Shown piece after piece: positions 21,889-30,526 of a stretch of DNA of 64,000 bases. The notes under the pieces are model-generated. The model worked only from the letters and a program-made list of their open reading frames with translations, was not told the DNA's origin and searched no databases. Origin of the DNA: Desulfomonilia bacterium. Its GTDB lineage: Bacteria; Desulfobacterota; Desulfomonilia; UBA1062. How positions within the stretch are numbered: the stretch's first letter is position 1; each line of letters begins with the position of its first letter. Made by a program: the position numbers and the translations under genes. Where the stretch lies: the NCBI GenBank assembly GCA_963664325.2, contig CAXXDQ010000003.1, positions 448,001-512,000 of the forward strand. Reading direction: 5' to 3'.

Positions 21889-22074
21889 ATGGACCCGGAT
21901 AAGATTATCGATGGATTATTCAAGGAATTGGGATCTGCTCTTAAGGCTTTATCAACTGCTAAAACAATGGAAGATAAGGTTGCATGCAGCGAGGTTATCA
22001 GGAACCTGAGCGAATCATTGGGAATATTCCTGGATCTTGCGAACGGGATGATGGAGTGTGAATGCGAGGAATAG
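21889..22074 (+). CDS. Small hypothetical helical protein (61 aa)
   Basis: RBS AAGGAG before ATG 21889; MDPDKIIDGLFKEL...MMECECEE; hairpin downstream. Confidence 0.65.
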   Translation: MDPDKIIDGLFKELGSALKALSTAKTMEDKVACSEVIRNLSESLGIFLDLANGMMECECEE

Positions 22075-22115
22075 CAGGCTGAGAGATTAACATATAGTTC
22101 TATTATGCCGATGAC

Positions 22116-22139
22116 GGGCGCCTGTTATTCATGGCGCCC
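22116..22139. terminator. GC-rich hairpin between convergent genes
   Basis: GGGCGCC-tgttattcat-GGCGCCC. Confidence 0.5.
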
Positions 22140-22169
22140 CTAACTTGTCTCCACAGTCTTGATTTTGCA

Positions 22170-23081
22170 TCAGGTATAATTCTTCCCCTGGAAAAGCTCC
22201 ATTTTATTAATAGTCCCATGGATTTTATCAAGCACCTTTTTCTTTTGAAGCGCCCATGATGGCGCAATGAGCTCATCCGGGTGAGGATCGCCTGTTATTC
22301 GCTGAATGATCATTTCAGGAGGCAGACATGCTATGAATCGGGCAACCCCTTCGGCATATTCCTCCAATAACAACGGCTTGTAAATTCCAGCTTCAAGCAT
22401 TTTTTCAAGGAGAGTGTTTCTGATAACATACATAAGATGAATTTTAATGTCTGTTACAGGAAGGTCTGCCACAAAACGGGCGGTGCTCAGCCAGTCGACC
22501 TCTCCTTCTCCAGGAAGACCCAAAATGACATGTGCACACACCCGCAGTCCGTGTTCATTGGCCATCGCTGCTGCTTTGGAAAATGCCATCGAATCATGCC
22601 CACGGTTTATAAGCCTCAGGGTTTCATCATTTGAAGACTGCAAGCCATATTCAATCCAGACCATCCTTTTGTCTGAATATGAACCGATCAGATCCAAGAT
22701 TTCATTAGTTATGCAGTCAGGTCTTGTCCCGATAGAGATGCCAACGATTTCAGGATAGGGCAAGACGCAGTCATAAATCCGCTTCAGTTTCTCTAAGGGC
22801 GCATAAGTGTTTGTATATGATTGGAAATAGGCAATGAAGGATTTTGCTTTGTAACGTTTTGACAGAAGTGCAATCTGTGTTTCAATCTGTTCTTTAAGCC
22901 CTATTCCTTTGGCAATTGCTCCGGTGCCCGATCCGGAGGCATTACAGTATATACAGCCGCCATTTTTTTTGGCATCCCTGTGGGGGCAGGTCAGGCCGGC
23001 ATCAAGCGTTATTTTCTGTACACGCTGTCCGAAATGCTCACGCAGAAAAGAACTGAAAGTTCTATATGGTAGATTATTCAT
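22170..23081 (-). CDS. TIGR01212 family radical SAM protein (YhcC-like)
   Basis: DAGLTCPHRD...GGCIYC, YFQSYTNTY, IGTRPDC, INRGHD, IKIH. Confidence 0.9.
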   Translation of the reverse strand: MNNLPYRTFSSFLREHFGQRVQKITLDAGLTCPHRDAKKNGGCIYCNASGSGTGAIAKGIGLKEQIETQIALLSKRYKAKSFIAYFQSYTNTYAPLEKLKRIYDCVLPYPEIVGISIGTRPDCITNEILDLIGSYSDKRMVWIEYGLQSSNDETLRLINRGHDSMAFSKAAAMANEHGLRVCAHVILGLPGEGEVDWLSTARFVADLPVTDIKIHLMYVIRNTLLEKMLEAGIYKPLLLEEYAEGVARFIACLPPEMIIQRITGDPHPDELIAPSWALQKKKVLDKIHGTINKMELFQGKNYT

Positions 23082-23180
23082 AAAAACACAAAGTGGATTT
23101 TATCAAGTCCAAACCTCTTAACATATCTGTCATGTTCCTCCTGAAGGAATTGCCGAATAATATGAATGAGAAACGGAGAG

Positions 23181-23230
23181 GTCAATAAAATTAAGATGAA
23201 TTGACAGTATAAAGTCCTTTTGCTAAAGGA
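23181..23230 (+). promoter_or_regulatory. Putative sigma70 promoter and inverted repeats upstream of the TetR gene
   Basis: TTGACA (23201)-N17-TAAAGG; inverted repeats GTCAAT-N13-ATTGAC (23181-23205) and TCCTTT-TGCT-AAAGGA (23215-23230). Confidence 0.4.
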
Positions 23231-23235
23231 ATATA

Positions 23236-23859
23236 ATGGATCAAGTATTGAGAAAAGATAAAATCCTTGAAAGTGCTAAGGCCGTTTTCATCCACAATGG
23301 TATCAAGTCTTCCACGATAGGAGAGATTGCGGAGCATGCCGGGATTGGTAAGCCAATACTTTACCAGCACTTTCCCGGAAAGAATGAAATACTTGAAGAG
23401 CTTGTCAAAAAAGAAGTTGAAAACCTGAAAAGTTCCCTTACAAAAGGGATCGATAATAATGACAACCCTCTCATAAAGATGGCTCATATGTGGGATAACG
23501 CCCTGTCGTTTTACGAAAAAGATGATTTCCTCATGTACTTGCTCAGGGGAAATGAACTCGGCCTGCCGCCGTATATGTATAATCAGTATCTGCTGGAAAT
23601 AGAGACCTTTGTTGTAAATTTGATAGAATCCATTTTTAAAGAAGCGATAGAACATGACCTGTTCGTGAAGATTGACAGCCATGTAGCTGCATATATATCA
23701 TATAAGATTTACCAGGCCTGCACTTACAGTAAAACTGACACGATCGGTAATTTTACTACAAAACAGATTATGCAGAAGGTTCTTGGAATCATGGGAGCAG
23801 GCCTTCTTAATCATAAGCTTGACATCTCACAGTTGCTTGCCGAGAACAAGATCACATAA
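23236..23859 (+). CDS. TetR/AcrR family transcriptional regulator
   Basis: N-terminal HTH: KILESAKAVF...TIGEIAEHAGIGKPILYQHFPGKNEI. Confidence 0.92.
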   Translation: MDQVLRKDKILESAKAVFIHNGIKSSTIGEIAEHAGIGKPILYQHFPGKNEILEELVKKEVENLKSSLTKGIDNNDNPLIKMAHMWDNALSFYEKDDFLMYLLRGNELGLPPYMYNQYLLEIETFVVNLIESIFKEAIEHDLFVKIDSHVAAYISYKIYQACTYSKTDTIGNFTTKQIMQKVLGIMGAGLLNHKLDISQLLAENKIT

Positions 23860-23907
23860 CGGTAATAACCCGCAATACTTGATCACAGCAGGAATGCCAG
23901 ATTCTTA

Positions 23908-24861
23908 TTATATTACCGCGAACGGATAAAAAGGCTCGTAATTGTTTCTCTCAAAAGATTTCACAGTCTCAGATGCACCTGCTATTGATTTGATACTGTC
24001 GATGCACTCTATTGTTGAATCATAACCAGCCTTTCTGCATAGCTCCCATTTGCTGAATTCAAAGAATCTGTAATTTTTAATTGCCGGTGAGATGGTAATG
24101 TCTGCAAGGCTTTTCTCGATTAGATTAAGCCGGTGTCCCCGTATATCCGTCGCCGTGTTTATAGACTGGATGGAATTTTTAAGATGGCTCCTGGTGATAA
24201 CAGCTTCGGTATCTACGGCTATTATTTTTTTTGCGCCAAGAAGGTGTGCTGCCATGACAGGAACCACGCTTATAATACCTCCATCCATCAGTACCCTTTC
24301 CCCATGGATTACAGGTTTACATATTCCGGGGAAGGCCGATGATGCATAGAGGAAAGTCGGCAGTTCTCCCCTTGTAGCAGCTACTGCTTCAGCTGATGCG
24401 TAATCTGTGGTGAGAGCTGCGAAAGGGATCGCTGTATCTTCAAGGAGAAATTTGTGTGAGTTTAAAATACCTTTACCCAAAATATTCCTGAAGGCTTTCC
24501 TTACAAGTTCTTCGGATAAAAAGCCATGCCTGCGGCATGCATGGACCACGCTAGCTGCATAGGCTGTCTTTGATATGATTTTGGTAAGTATATTCCCACC
24601 TGAACCCTTGAGCATATTTTCAAGTTTTATCAATGTCTCGTTTTTTGAAAACTTGTCAGCAAAGATATCTACATAATGCGGGTCACGAACATAGGCATAA
24701 ACACCCCCCAGGACACTTCCTATTGAGCTGCCTACTATAAGATCGGGTTCTATGCCGTTTTCATGGAGAGCTCTGAAAACTCCGAGATGCGCCATGCATC
24801 TGACTCCGCCGCCCCCTAGAACAAGTGCAAGGTTGTATTCTTTCATGGGTTGCCTCTTCAT
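23908..24861 (-). CDS. Patatin-like phospholipase
   Basis: LGGGGVR oxyanion loop, GSSIG nucleophile elbow, DGG catalytic Asp. Confidence 0.92.
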   Translation of the reverse strand: MKRQPMKEYNLALVLGGGGVRCMAHLGVFRALHENGIEPDLIVGSSIGSVLGGVYAYVRDPHYVDIFADKFSKNETLIKLENMLKGSGGNILTKIISKTAYAASVVHACRRHGFLSEELVRKAFRNILGKGILNSHKFLLEDTAIPFAALTTDYASAEAVAATRGELPTFLYASSAFPGICKPVIHGERVLMDGGIISVVPVMAAHLLGAKKIIAVDTEAVITRSHLKNSIQSINTATDIRGHRLNLIEKSLADITISPAIKNYRFFEFSKWELCRKAGYDSTIECIDSIKSIAGASETVKSFERNNYEPFYPFAVI

Positions 24862-25069
24862 TAGTTGATCGATTGACTTAAAACATAGCTATCCTGACCA
24901 GTGTCCTGGTTTGCTCCGAGCTTTGTGTGGACATCAGGATTGCTGCCGTATTTTTCGTGTGCGTCGCTTACTTCTTCAAGCACCCTTGCTGCATTGGCCT
25001 GATCATGGTTTGAAATCTCGATAATATGTTCCATGTAGGATATCCGGTCAAGCCTGTAGGATATCCGGT
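24861..25069 (-). other. Out-of-frame C-terminal extension of the upstream radical SAM gene
   Basis: Removing one base at 25069/25070 gives ...YPEGLDRISYRLDRISYMEHIIE...SQSIN*, whose TAA overlaps the patatin ATG (TAATG). Confidence 0.6.
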
Positions 25070-25074
25070 TCAAG
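25034..25074. repeat. Tandem direct repeat with 21-bp period and a single-base insertion in one copy
   Basis: TGTAGGATATCCGGTCAAG (25034-25052) and TGTAGGATATCCGGTTCAAG (25055-25074). Confidence 0.9.
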
Positions 25075-26490
25075 ACCCTCAGGGTACGAAACGCAGCGTG
25101 TAAGCAAGTCAGTGACATTGCCGGAATATTTTTCATTCCAGACCTTATCAACAACCGGGGCTACATTTTTCGCATATTCGTTAATGTGGTTCATCACTAC
25201 CGGGTTCTCAATTAGGTCCTGTGCTCCGTCGTCCGTAGGTTTTGCATTGTGCTTTTTACAGATGCTTCTGAGAACATCGGGATTGTCTATTATCATGCAG
25301 GGTCTCAGGAGGTTGTCCGTATGCGGCTGATGCTGTCTGATAGCTGTAAAGAATGGAGATTTAAGCGCTTCAAGCAGGGAGTGCCTGTGTATATTGTGGG
25401 TGGAGAAATGGGCGAATATGCAGGGTTCCACGTCGCCTTTGTTATTGATGTGAAGATACCGCCTGCCTCCTGCCGCACAGCCGTGAACTGCCGGGGCATC
25501 CGCCCAGAAATCCATTATGAAGAGAGGATTCTGTTCCCTGTATTCCTTGATGAACTCACCATATGTCACACGCTGTTCAGGGGTTGGCATGAGTGACAGG
25601 TCTGCATTTTTCGAAACAGGCATGAAGAGGAAATTCCAGGCAAACATTATGCCGCGTTTTTCCCATTCATTATAAAATTTCGTACTGGTCATAAGGTCAT
25701 AGTTGCGGGAGGTGAGTACCATTGACATGCCCATCATAAGGTTACGGCGATTGAGTCTTTCAACCGATGCAATAATTTTTTCATAAACACCTTGACCGCG
25801 CATGAAATCGATTTCATTCTTATCACCGTTGACGCTGAATACGACAATAATGTTTTTAAGTTCTGCGATTCTGTCTGCAATTTCTTCCTTGATCAATGTC
25901 CCGTTTGTAAATACCTGGAATATGCAATCATTATGTTTCGCAGCCATTTTTTCAATTATGTCGAAACGGACAAAAGGCTCTCCACCCAGAATTGTATAGA
26001 AATAGGTTCCCAATTCCTTGCCCTGAGTGATTATGCTGTCAACCGTCTCTATAGGCATATCGTTCTTTATTCCCATGTCGTATCCGTTGGCATAACAGCC
26101 CTTGCACTTCAGATTGCAGTTCATTGTAGGGCTTATTAGGACACTGTAGGGAGAGGTAAAACCATGCTTAGCCTGAAGCTCTTTGCTCTTTTCGATCCAT
26201 TTAAGCGAGCAGTTCCCAAATAATATTTTTATAACATTAGAGGCTTGGCCTTTGTCTTTAAGCATAAGATTAATAAACCACTGTCTAGTGCCTGGGTTGC
26301 CATTCAGCCATTTCATAAAACCGTTAAATGGCTTCGGATTTGAAAAAGATTTAGCCAGAATGCCAATAGATTTCATGATCCTGTCGAAATTCTTTTCCGG
26401 TGAAATTCTGACAAATGAAGTTACAAATTTTGATGATAAATTAATAGCAGACTGTTGAATAAATTCCCTGGCCATCTTTTTTATGTTCAT
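25048..26490 (-). CDS. Radical SAM protein with SPASM/twitch-type auxiliary cluster domain
   Basis: ISPTMNCNLKCKGCYA, LGGEPF, FTNGTL, GCAAGGRRYLHINNKGDVEPCIF...RPCM; start ATG 26490 with RBS GGAAGGAG. Confidence 0.9.
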   Translation of the reverse strand: MNIKKMAREFIQQSAINLSSKFVTSFVRISPEKNFDRIMKSIGILAKSFSNPKPFNGFMKWLNGNPGTRQWFINLMLKDKGQASNVIKILFGNCSLKWIEKSKELQAKHGFTSPYSVLISPTMNCNLKCKGCYANGYDMGIKNDMPIETVDSIITQGKELGTYFYTILGGEPFVRFDIIEKMAAKHNDCIFQVFTNGTLIKEEIADRIAELKNIIVVFSVNGDKNEIDFMRGQGVYEKIIASVERLNRRNLMMGMSMVLTSRNYDLMTSTKFYNEWEKRGIMFAWNFLFMPVSKNADLSLMPTPEQRVTYGEFIKEYREQNPLFIMDFWADAPAVHGCAAGGRRYLHINNKGDVEPCIFAHFSTHNIHRHSLLEALKSPFFTAIRQHQPHTDNLLRPCMIIDNPDVLRSICKKHNAKPTDDGAQDLIENPVVMNHINEYAKNVAPVVDKVWNEKYSGNVTDLLTRCVSYPEGLEPDILQA

Positions 26491-26510
26491 AATTTCTCCT
26501 TCCAAAATTC

Positions 26511-26537
26511 ATATCGGCACTATTTTAAAAAGCTTAA
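26511..26537 (-). promoter_or_regulatory. Putative sigma28 (FliA) promoter of the radical SAM-patatin pair
   Basis: Minus strand TTAAG-N14-GCCGATAT, matching the FliA consensus T(A/C)AAG-N14-GCCGATAA; ends 20 nt before the ATG. Confidence 0.6.
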
Positions 26538-26557
26538 AACCATACAAAACAAACAAT

Positions 26558-26575
26558 ATGCAATAAGTAAGCCTG
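26558..26575 (-). promoter_or_regulatory. Weak sigma54-like -24/-12 match
   Basis: Minus strand CAGGCTTACTTATTGCAT (GG-N10-GC, TTGCA); the -24 box is imperfect. Confidence 0.25.
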
Positions 26576-26735
26576 ATTTCAAGTTGATTAAAAAACATTA
26601 TAACTGATTGAAATAAATATTAAAATAAAAAGATGAGAAAATATAATAAAAGGAATTTTACATTCAATGTGAAATAATTTACTATGGAGATGGATAAATA
26701 TTTTCATTAAGAACCGATTGTTTGGTGTCCTGATT

Positions 26736-28443
26736 TCAATATAGCAGTTCGATAAGTTTTGCCGCTTTCATCAGTGGTCCGAAACGGTTTTCATCTTTAG
26801 CATAGTCATCAAAATATATTTCACGCGAATTTAATGCGAGTTCCTGAAGGAAAGCATCCTGTCTTGCCCGGGCAAAAGAGGCATCAGGTATATTTATCTG
26901 GATTTCACTTTCAAGGTAAGCGCTTCTGGTCGAGAGATTGAATGAGCCTATGCTTGCCCAAAGACCGTCAACAATGAACTGCTTTGCATGATAATATGGT
27001 TTTTGTTTTGCTCCTTTTGGAGACTGGTATTCGTAGATTCTGACACCTGCAGAGAGCAGATCCCTGTAATAATTGAGGGATATATAATGACAAAGGGAGA
27101 AAGCAACCTCCAGTCCTGTTTCATGGGAGTTGGTAAGTATGCATACATTGACACCCCTCAGGGCAGCCTGTTTGAGTGCAATGGAAAGCTTTTCGGGCAG
27201 GGCTATATATTGGGTTGTTATGAGCACGCTTTGTTTTGCCATACTGATTGCGCCACACAGCATATCAACTATTGTGTAGTTTCCCTTCCAGGGCTTGGAA
27301 TCAGCTATGCCGACAGGAAAACCGCTTTTTGCAATGTCTGGAATCAAAAAGGGTTCTATATCTAGTGTGTTACCGCTGAATTCTTTCCAGTTTGACGTGA
27401 ATTCAAAATCAAGCGTTTTGACGGCCGGTCCCTCGAGATAAAGGTCCATATCCTTCCACCAGAAAAAATAATTATCGGCGATATTTCTCCCTCCTGTAAT
27501 AGCCCTCCTGCCGTCAACAATTACCATCTTCTCATGCAGCGCATACTCTATAACAAGCTCTTCTTCACTTTGTTTTCATAAGCGATTTTGAGAAAAGCAT
27601 TTCAGCAGGCAGTTTTCTCAACATCAGGAACTGATCCTGCATGAGCTTGTGCCACGGTGCGTAGTCCGTAACTTTTTCCCGGGGAAAGCTTATGTCACCA
27701 ATCATTATGACATCTATTCCATTCATTTTAAGATCAAGATAAACGGCCGGTGATTTTCCAAGCTGAGAATATCTTGTTAATATAACTTTTACGTCAACAC
27801 CGTTCCTTGCCTTGGCCTTGAGGATATCATAAAGCTCGGCGCTTTTTCCTTTGCTGTCGAGCAGGAATGTCTGCAGGTGAATAGAATGCTGCGCCGACTC
27901 AAGCACTTCTTTAAACTTCGAGAAGGAATCGGTTCCGTCATACAGGACGTCAACCCGGTTTCCTGAAGTGACCGGCGAAGTATAATAGCGTTCAAGAATT
28001 CTTCTGTTTTTGTCAGTTAGAATATTTGAAGAATTGTCCGGTTTTTTTTCGGCAATTGTTAGGCTTACATTTTTATGTATTTTTAATTGGTTTTTCAGCA
28101 TTATTTCAAATGGTATTTCGTAAACATCAGGTTTAACATCTGCGGGTATTTCCATGCAGGCACAAACCCTTTTGATGTTTGAGGAGTCTGTATATGAAAA
28201 AGATTTACCAGTCTTGCCGAAGGGTGATCTTTCTAGTTCGATGGAAACAGGAACAAGGCTGTTCACGTCAGTAAGAACATCGATACAGGCCTTTCTGTGA
28301 ATCCCGGCAAATAACTTTTCGGGATATATTTTAATGGAAACCATATTCTTATCTTCAGCTTTGGCTGGTATGCTGATAAGGAAAGCGAAAAAAATAACTG
28401 CTGTTATCCGAAAAATATTCAGCTCGGAACTATTCATTATCAT
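26736..28443 (-). pseudogene. Phospholipase D / cardiolipin-synthase-like protein split by a +1 frameshift (pseudogene or sequencing error)
   Basis: ORF 27565-28443 has a signal peptide, GNRVDVLYDG and AQHSIHLQTF. Deleting one A in ATGAAAACAAAG joins it to ...LHEKMVIVDG (HKD1) and YHAKQFIVDG (HKD2) of ORF 26736-27527, giving 568 aa. Confidence 0.85.
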
Positions 28444-29357
28444 GGAAAAGGTATATTGCGCACAAATTCCATGAATCTTCGATGCCTCTTGAATGGCCTG
28501 AAGTCTTTTCTGTAAATCATGAAAAAAGGTCGGACAATGTTTAGTCCTTCAATGGGTATGGCCTTGATTATTCCTGATGCGATTTCTCTTTTCACTGCAT
28601 GAACAGATATTATCGCTGCTCCAAGGCCTGCCACTACAGATTCTTTTACGGCTTCTGATGAACCCATTTCGCATATGATATTCATCTTTATTCCAGGGGA
28701 GGCCGACTGGAAAGCCTTTTCTATTACAGAGCGTGTTCCTGAACCTTCTTCTCTGCCAATAAAAGAAATATTATCCAGTTCATTAACCGATAAAGAATCT
28801 TTTTTTGCATAGGGATGATCCTTCCCGAACACAAGCAGTAGCGAGTCCTTCCATACAGGTTCGGCCATCATTTTTTTATCAGCAACAGGTTTGCCGATAA
28901 AACCTATTTCAACCCGCCCGTCATATATCATTTCTATTACATCCCTGCTGTCGCCTGAATGTATATGGACTATGCATGAAGGGTTATCCTTCATATATTT
29001 GCCGATTACGATCGGTAGGATATAGGTTGCAGGAATAGAACTGGCACCTATGAATATATGGCTTTGCCCTGTATCGTTTGAGTTTTCGATTTTAAATTTG
29101 GCTTCATCTCTCAGCTTTAGTATTTTCCTTGCATAATCGTAAAGCACCCTGCCCTCGGCGGTAAGCGAGATGCCACTCTGCGCCCTGTCGATAATCGGTG
29201 CATCTATAAATGTTTCCAGATTCTTGATGTGCTTGCTTATTGAGGGCTGAGTAAGTCCCATTCTGTTTCCTGCACGGGAAAAACTGTTCTCTTCTATAAG
29301 GTTGACGAGCACTTCGAACTGCTGCATCGTAATATGCTGAAATTGGCTGAAGTTCAT
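28440..29357 (-). CDS. LysR family regulator, selenium-metabolism-associated type
   Basis: SFSRAGNRMGLTQPSISKHIKNLE HTH, GASSIPATYILP, REEGSGTR, GSSEAVKESV; divergent from selD. Confidence 0.88.
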   Translation of the reverse strand: MNFSQFQHITMQQFEVLVNLIEENSFSRAGNRMGLTQPSISKHIKNLETFIDAPIIDRAQSGISLTAEGRVLYDYARKILKLRDEAKFKIENSNDTGQSHIFIGASSIPATYILPIVIGKYMKDNPSCIVHIHSGDSRDVIEMIYDGRVEIGFIGKPVADKKMMAEPVWKDSLLLVFGKDHPYAKKDSLSVNELDNISFIGREEGSGTRSVIEKAFQSASPGIKMNIICEMGSSEAVKESVVAGLGAAIISVHAVKREIASGIIKAIPIEGLNIVRPFFMIYRKDFRPFKRHRRFMEFVRNIPFP

Positions 29358-29459
29358 GCTTCTGGGGTGTATCCCAATAATGGCTCTTTTGCAATATTCA
29401 AGCTCAGAGAAGTCTTTACATTTGAAAATCTTCAGTTATCCTGTTTCCAGGAGGGACAA

Positions 29460-30503
29460 ATGCAGTCTGATAAAATTAGGCTGACAACAACTGTCAAAGG
29501 TTCGGGTTGAGCATGCAAGATAGGTCCGGAGGTTCTGGACCGTATTGTTAAAACACTTAAGATAGTGCATGACCCTGACCTTATAGTGGGCATGGAGCAT
29601 CCGGATGACGGTGGTGTCTACCGGATATCGGACAGCCTTGCCCTAATTCAAACACTTGATTTTTTCACCCCGGTTGTAGATGACCCATATTCTTTCGGTC
29701 AGATTGCCGTAGCCAACTCACTGTCCGATGTCTATGCAATGGGCGGTGAACCCAGGCTTGCAATGAATATTATCTGCTTTCCTGTTAATACAATGGATGT
29801 CTCGGTTCTTGAAGAGATACTTAAAGGCGGTTCAGACAAGATGGAGGAAGCAGGGGTGCTTCTTGTGGGCGGCCACAGTATTGAGGACGCCGAAATTAAA
29901 TATGGCCTTTCAGTAACCGGCTTTGTCCATCCTGAGAAAATATTAAGGAATACAGGCGCAATACCCGGAGACGCCCTTGTACTTACCAAACCCATTGGAA
30001 CCGGTATAATTTCAACCGCGATAAAGGCCAATGAAGCAGATTCTGAGACAATAGAGCTTGCTGTTAAGTTAATGTCAGAACTCAACAGGAAGCCTGCAGA
30101 AATCATGAAACAATACAATATTCATGCATGCACAGATATTACCGGGTTCGGGCTTATCGGCCATGCTTTTGAAATGATTGAGGCCACATCAACAGGCATA
30201 GTCTTTCATGCGGAAAAAATTCCCATTATTCCTCAAGCATTAGAATTTGCATCAATGGGTTTCATCCCTGCAGGGGCATACCGCAACCGTGATTTCAGAA
30301 TGAACATGGTCGAGAACAGAGGAATTCCAGATGAAAAGATGATATGTCTCTTTGATCCTCAAACTTCAGGCGGGCTGCTTACAGCACTTCCTTTTACTGA
30401 AGCCAAGACACTGATCAAGCAATTGAAAGATGAAGGCGTTGAATGCGCAGAGATCATCGGAGAAATTATATATTATGCAGGAAATAATATAATCATTATA
30501 TAA
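29460..30503 (+). CDS. selD: Selenide, water dikinase (selenophosphate synthetase), selenocysteine-containing
   Basis: RBS AGGAGG, ATG 29460: MQSDKIRLTTTVKGSG-TGA(U17)-ACKIGP, in frame with the tracked ORF carrying TLDFFTPVVDDP, ANSLSDVYAMGG, TDITGFGL, DPQTSGGLL; 347 aa. Confidence 0.95.
29520..29545 (+). promoter_or_regulatory. Bacterial SECIS element of selD
   Basis: Hairpin GGTCCGGA-GGT-TCTGGACC (29523-29541) with a G-containing apical loop about 20 nt after the UGA at 29508-29510. Confidence 0.8.
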
Positions 30504-30526
30504 TTAATAAAGGACGCGGAGGGTTT

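Noticed and set aside
23191-23682. 163-aa minus-strand ORF
   Set aside because: Antisense shadow of the TetR gene with no motifs of its own.
25048-25050. Radical SAM TGA stop as a second selenocysteine codon
   Set aside because: Read-through meets another TGA about 15 codons later and the position is not a conserved Cys; a frameshift explains it better.
25034-25074. Tandem repeat as a CRISPR-like array
   Set aside because: Only two adjacent copies inside coding sequence, no spacers and no cas genes.
27565-27567. PLD TGA stop as selenocysteine read-through
   Set aside because: The HKD motif is in the +1 frame, and the same frame stops again about 11 codons later.
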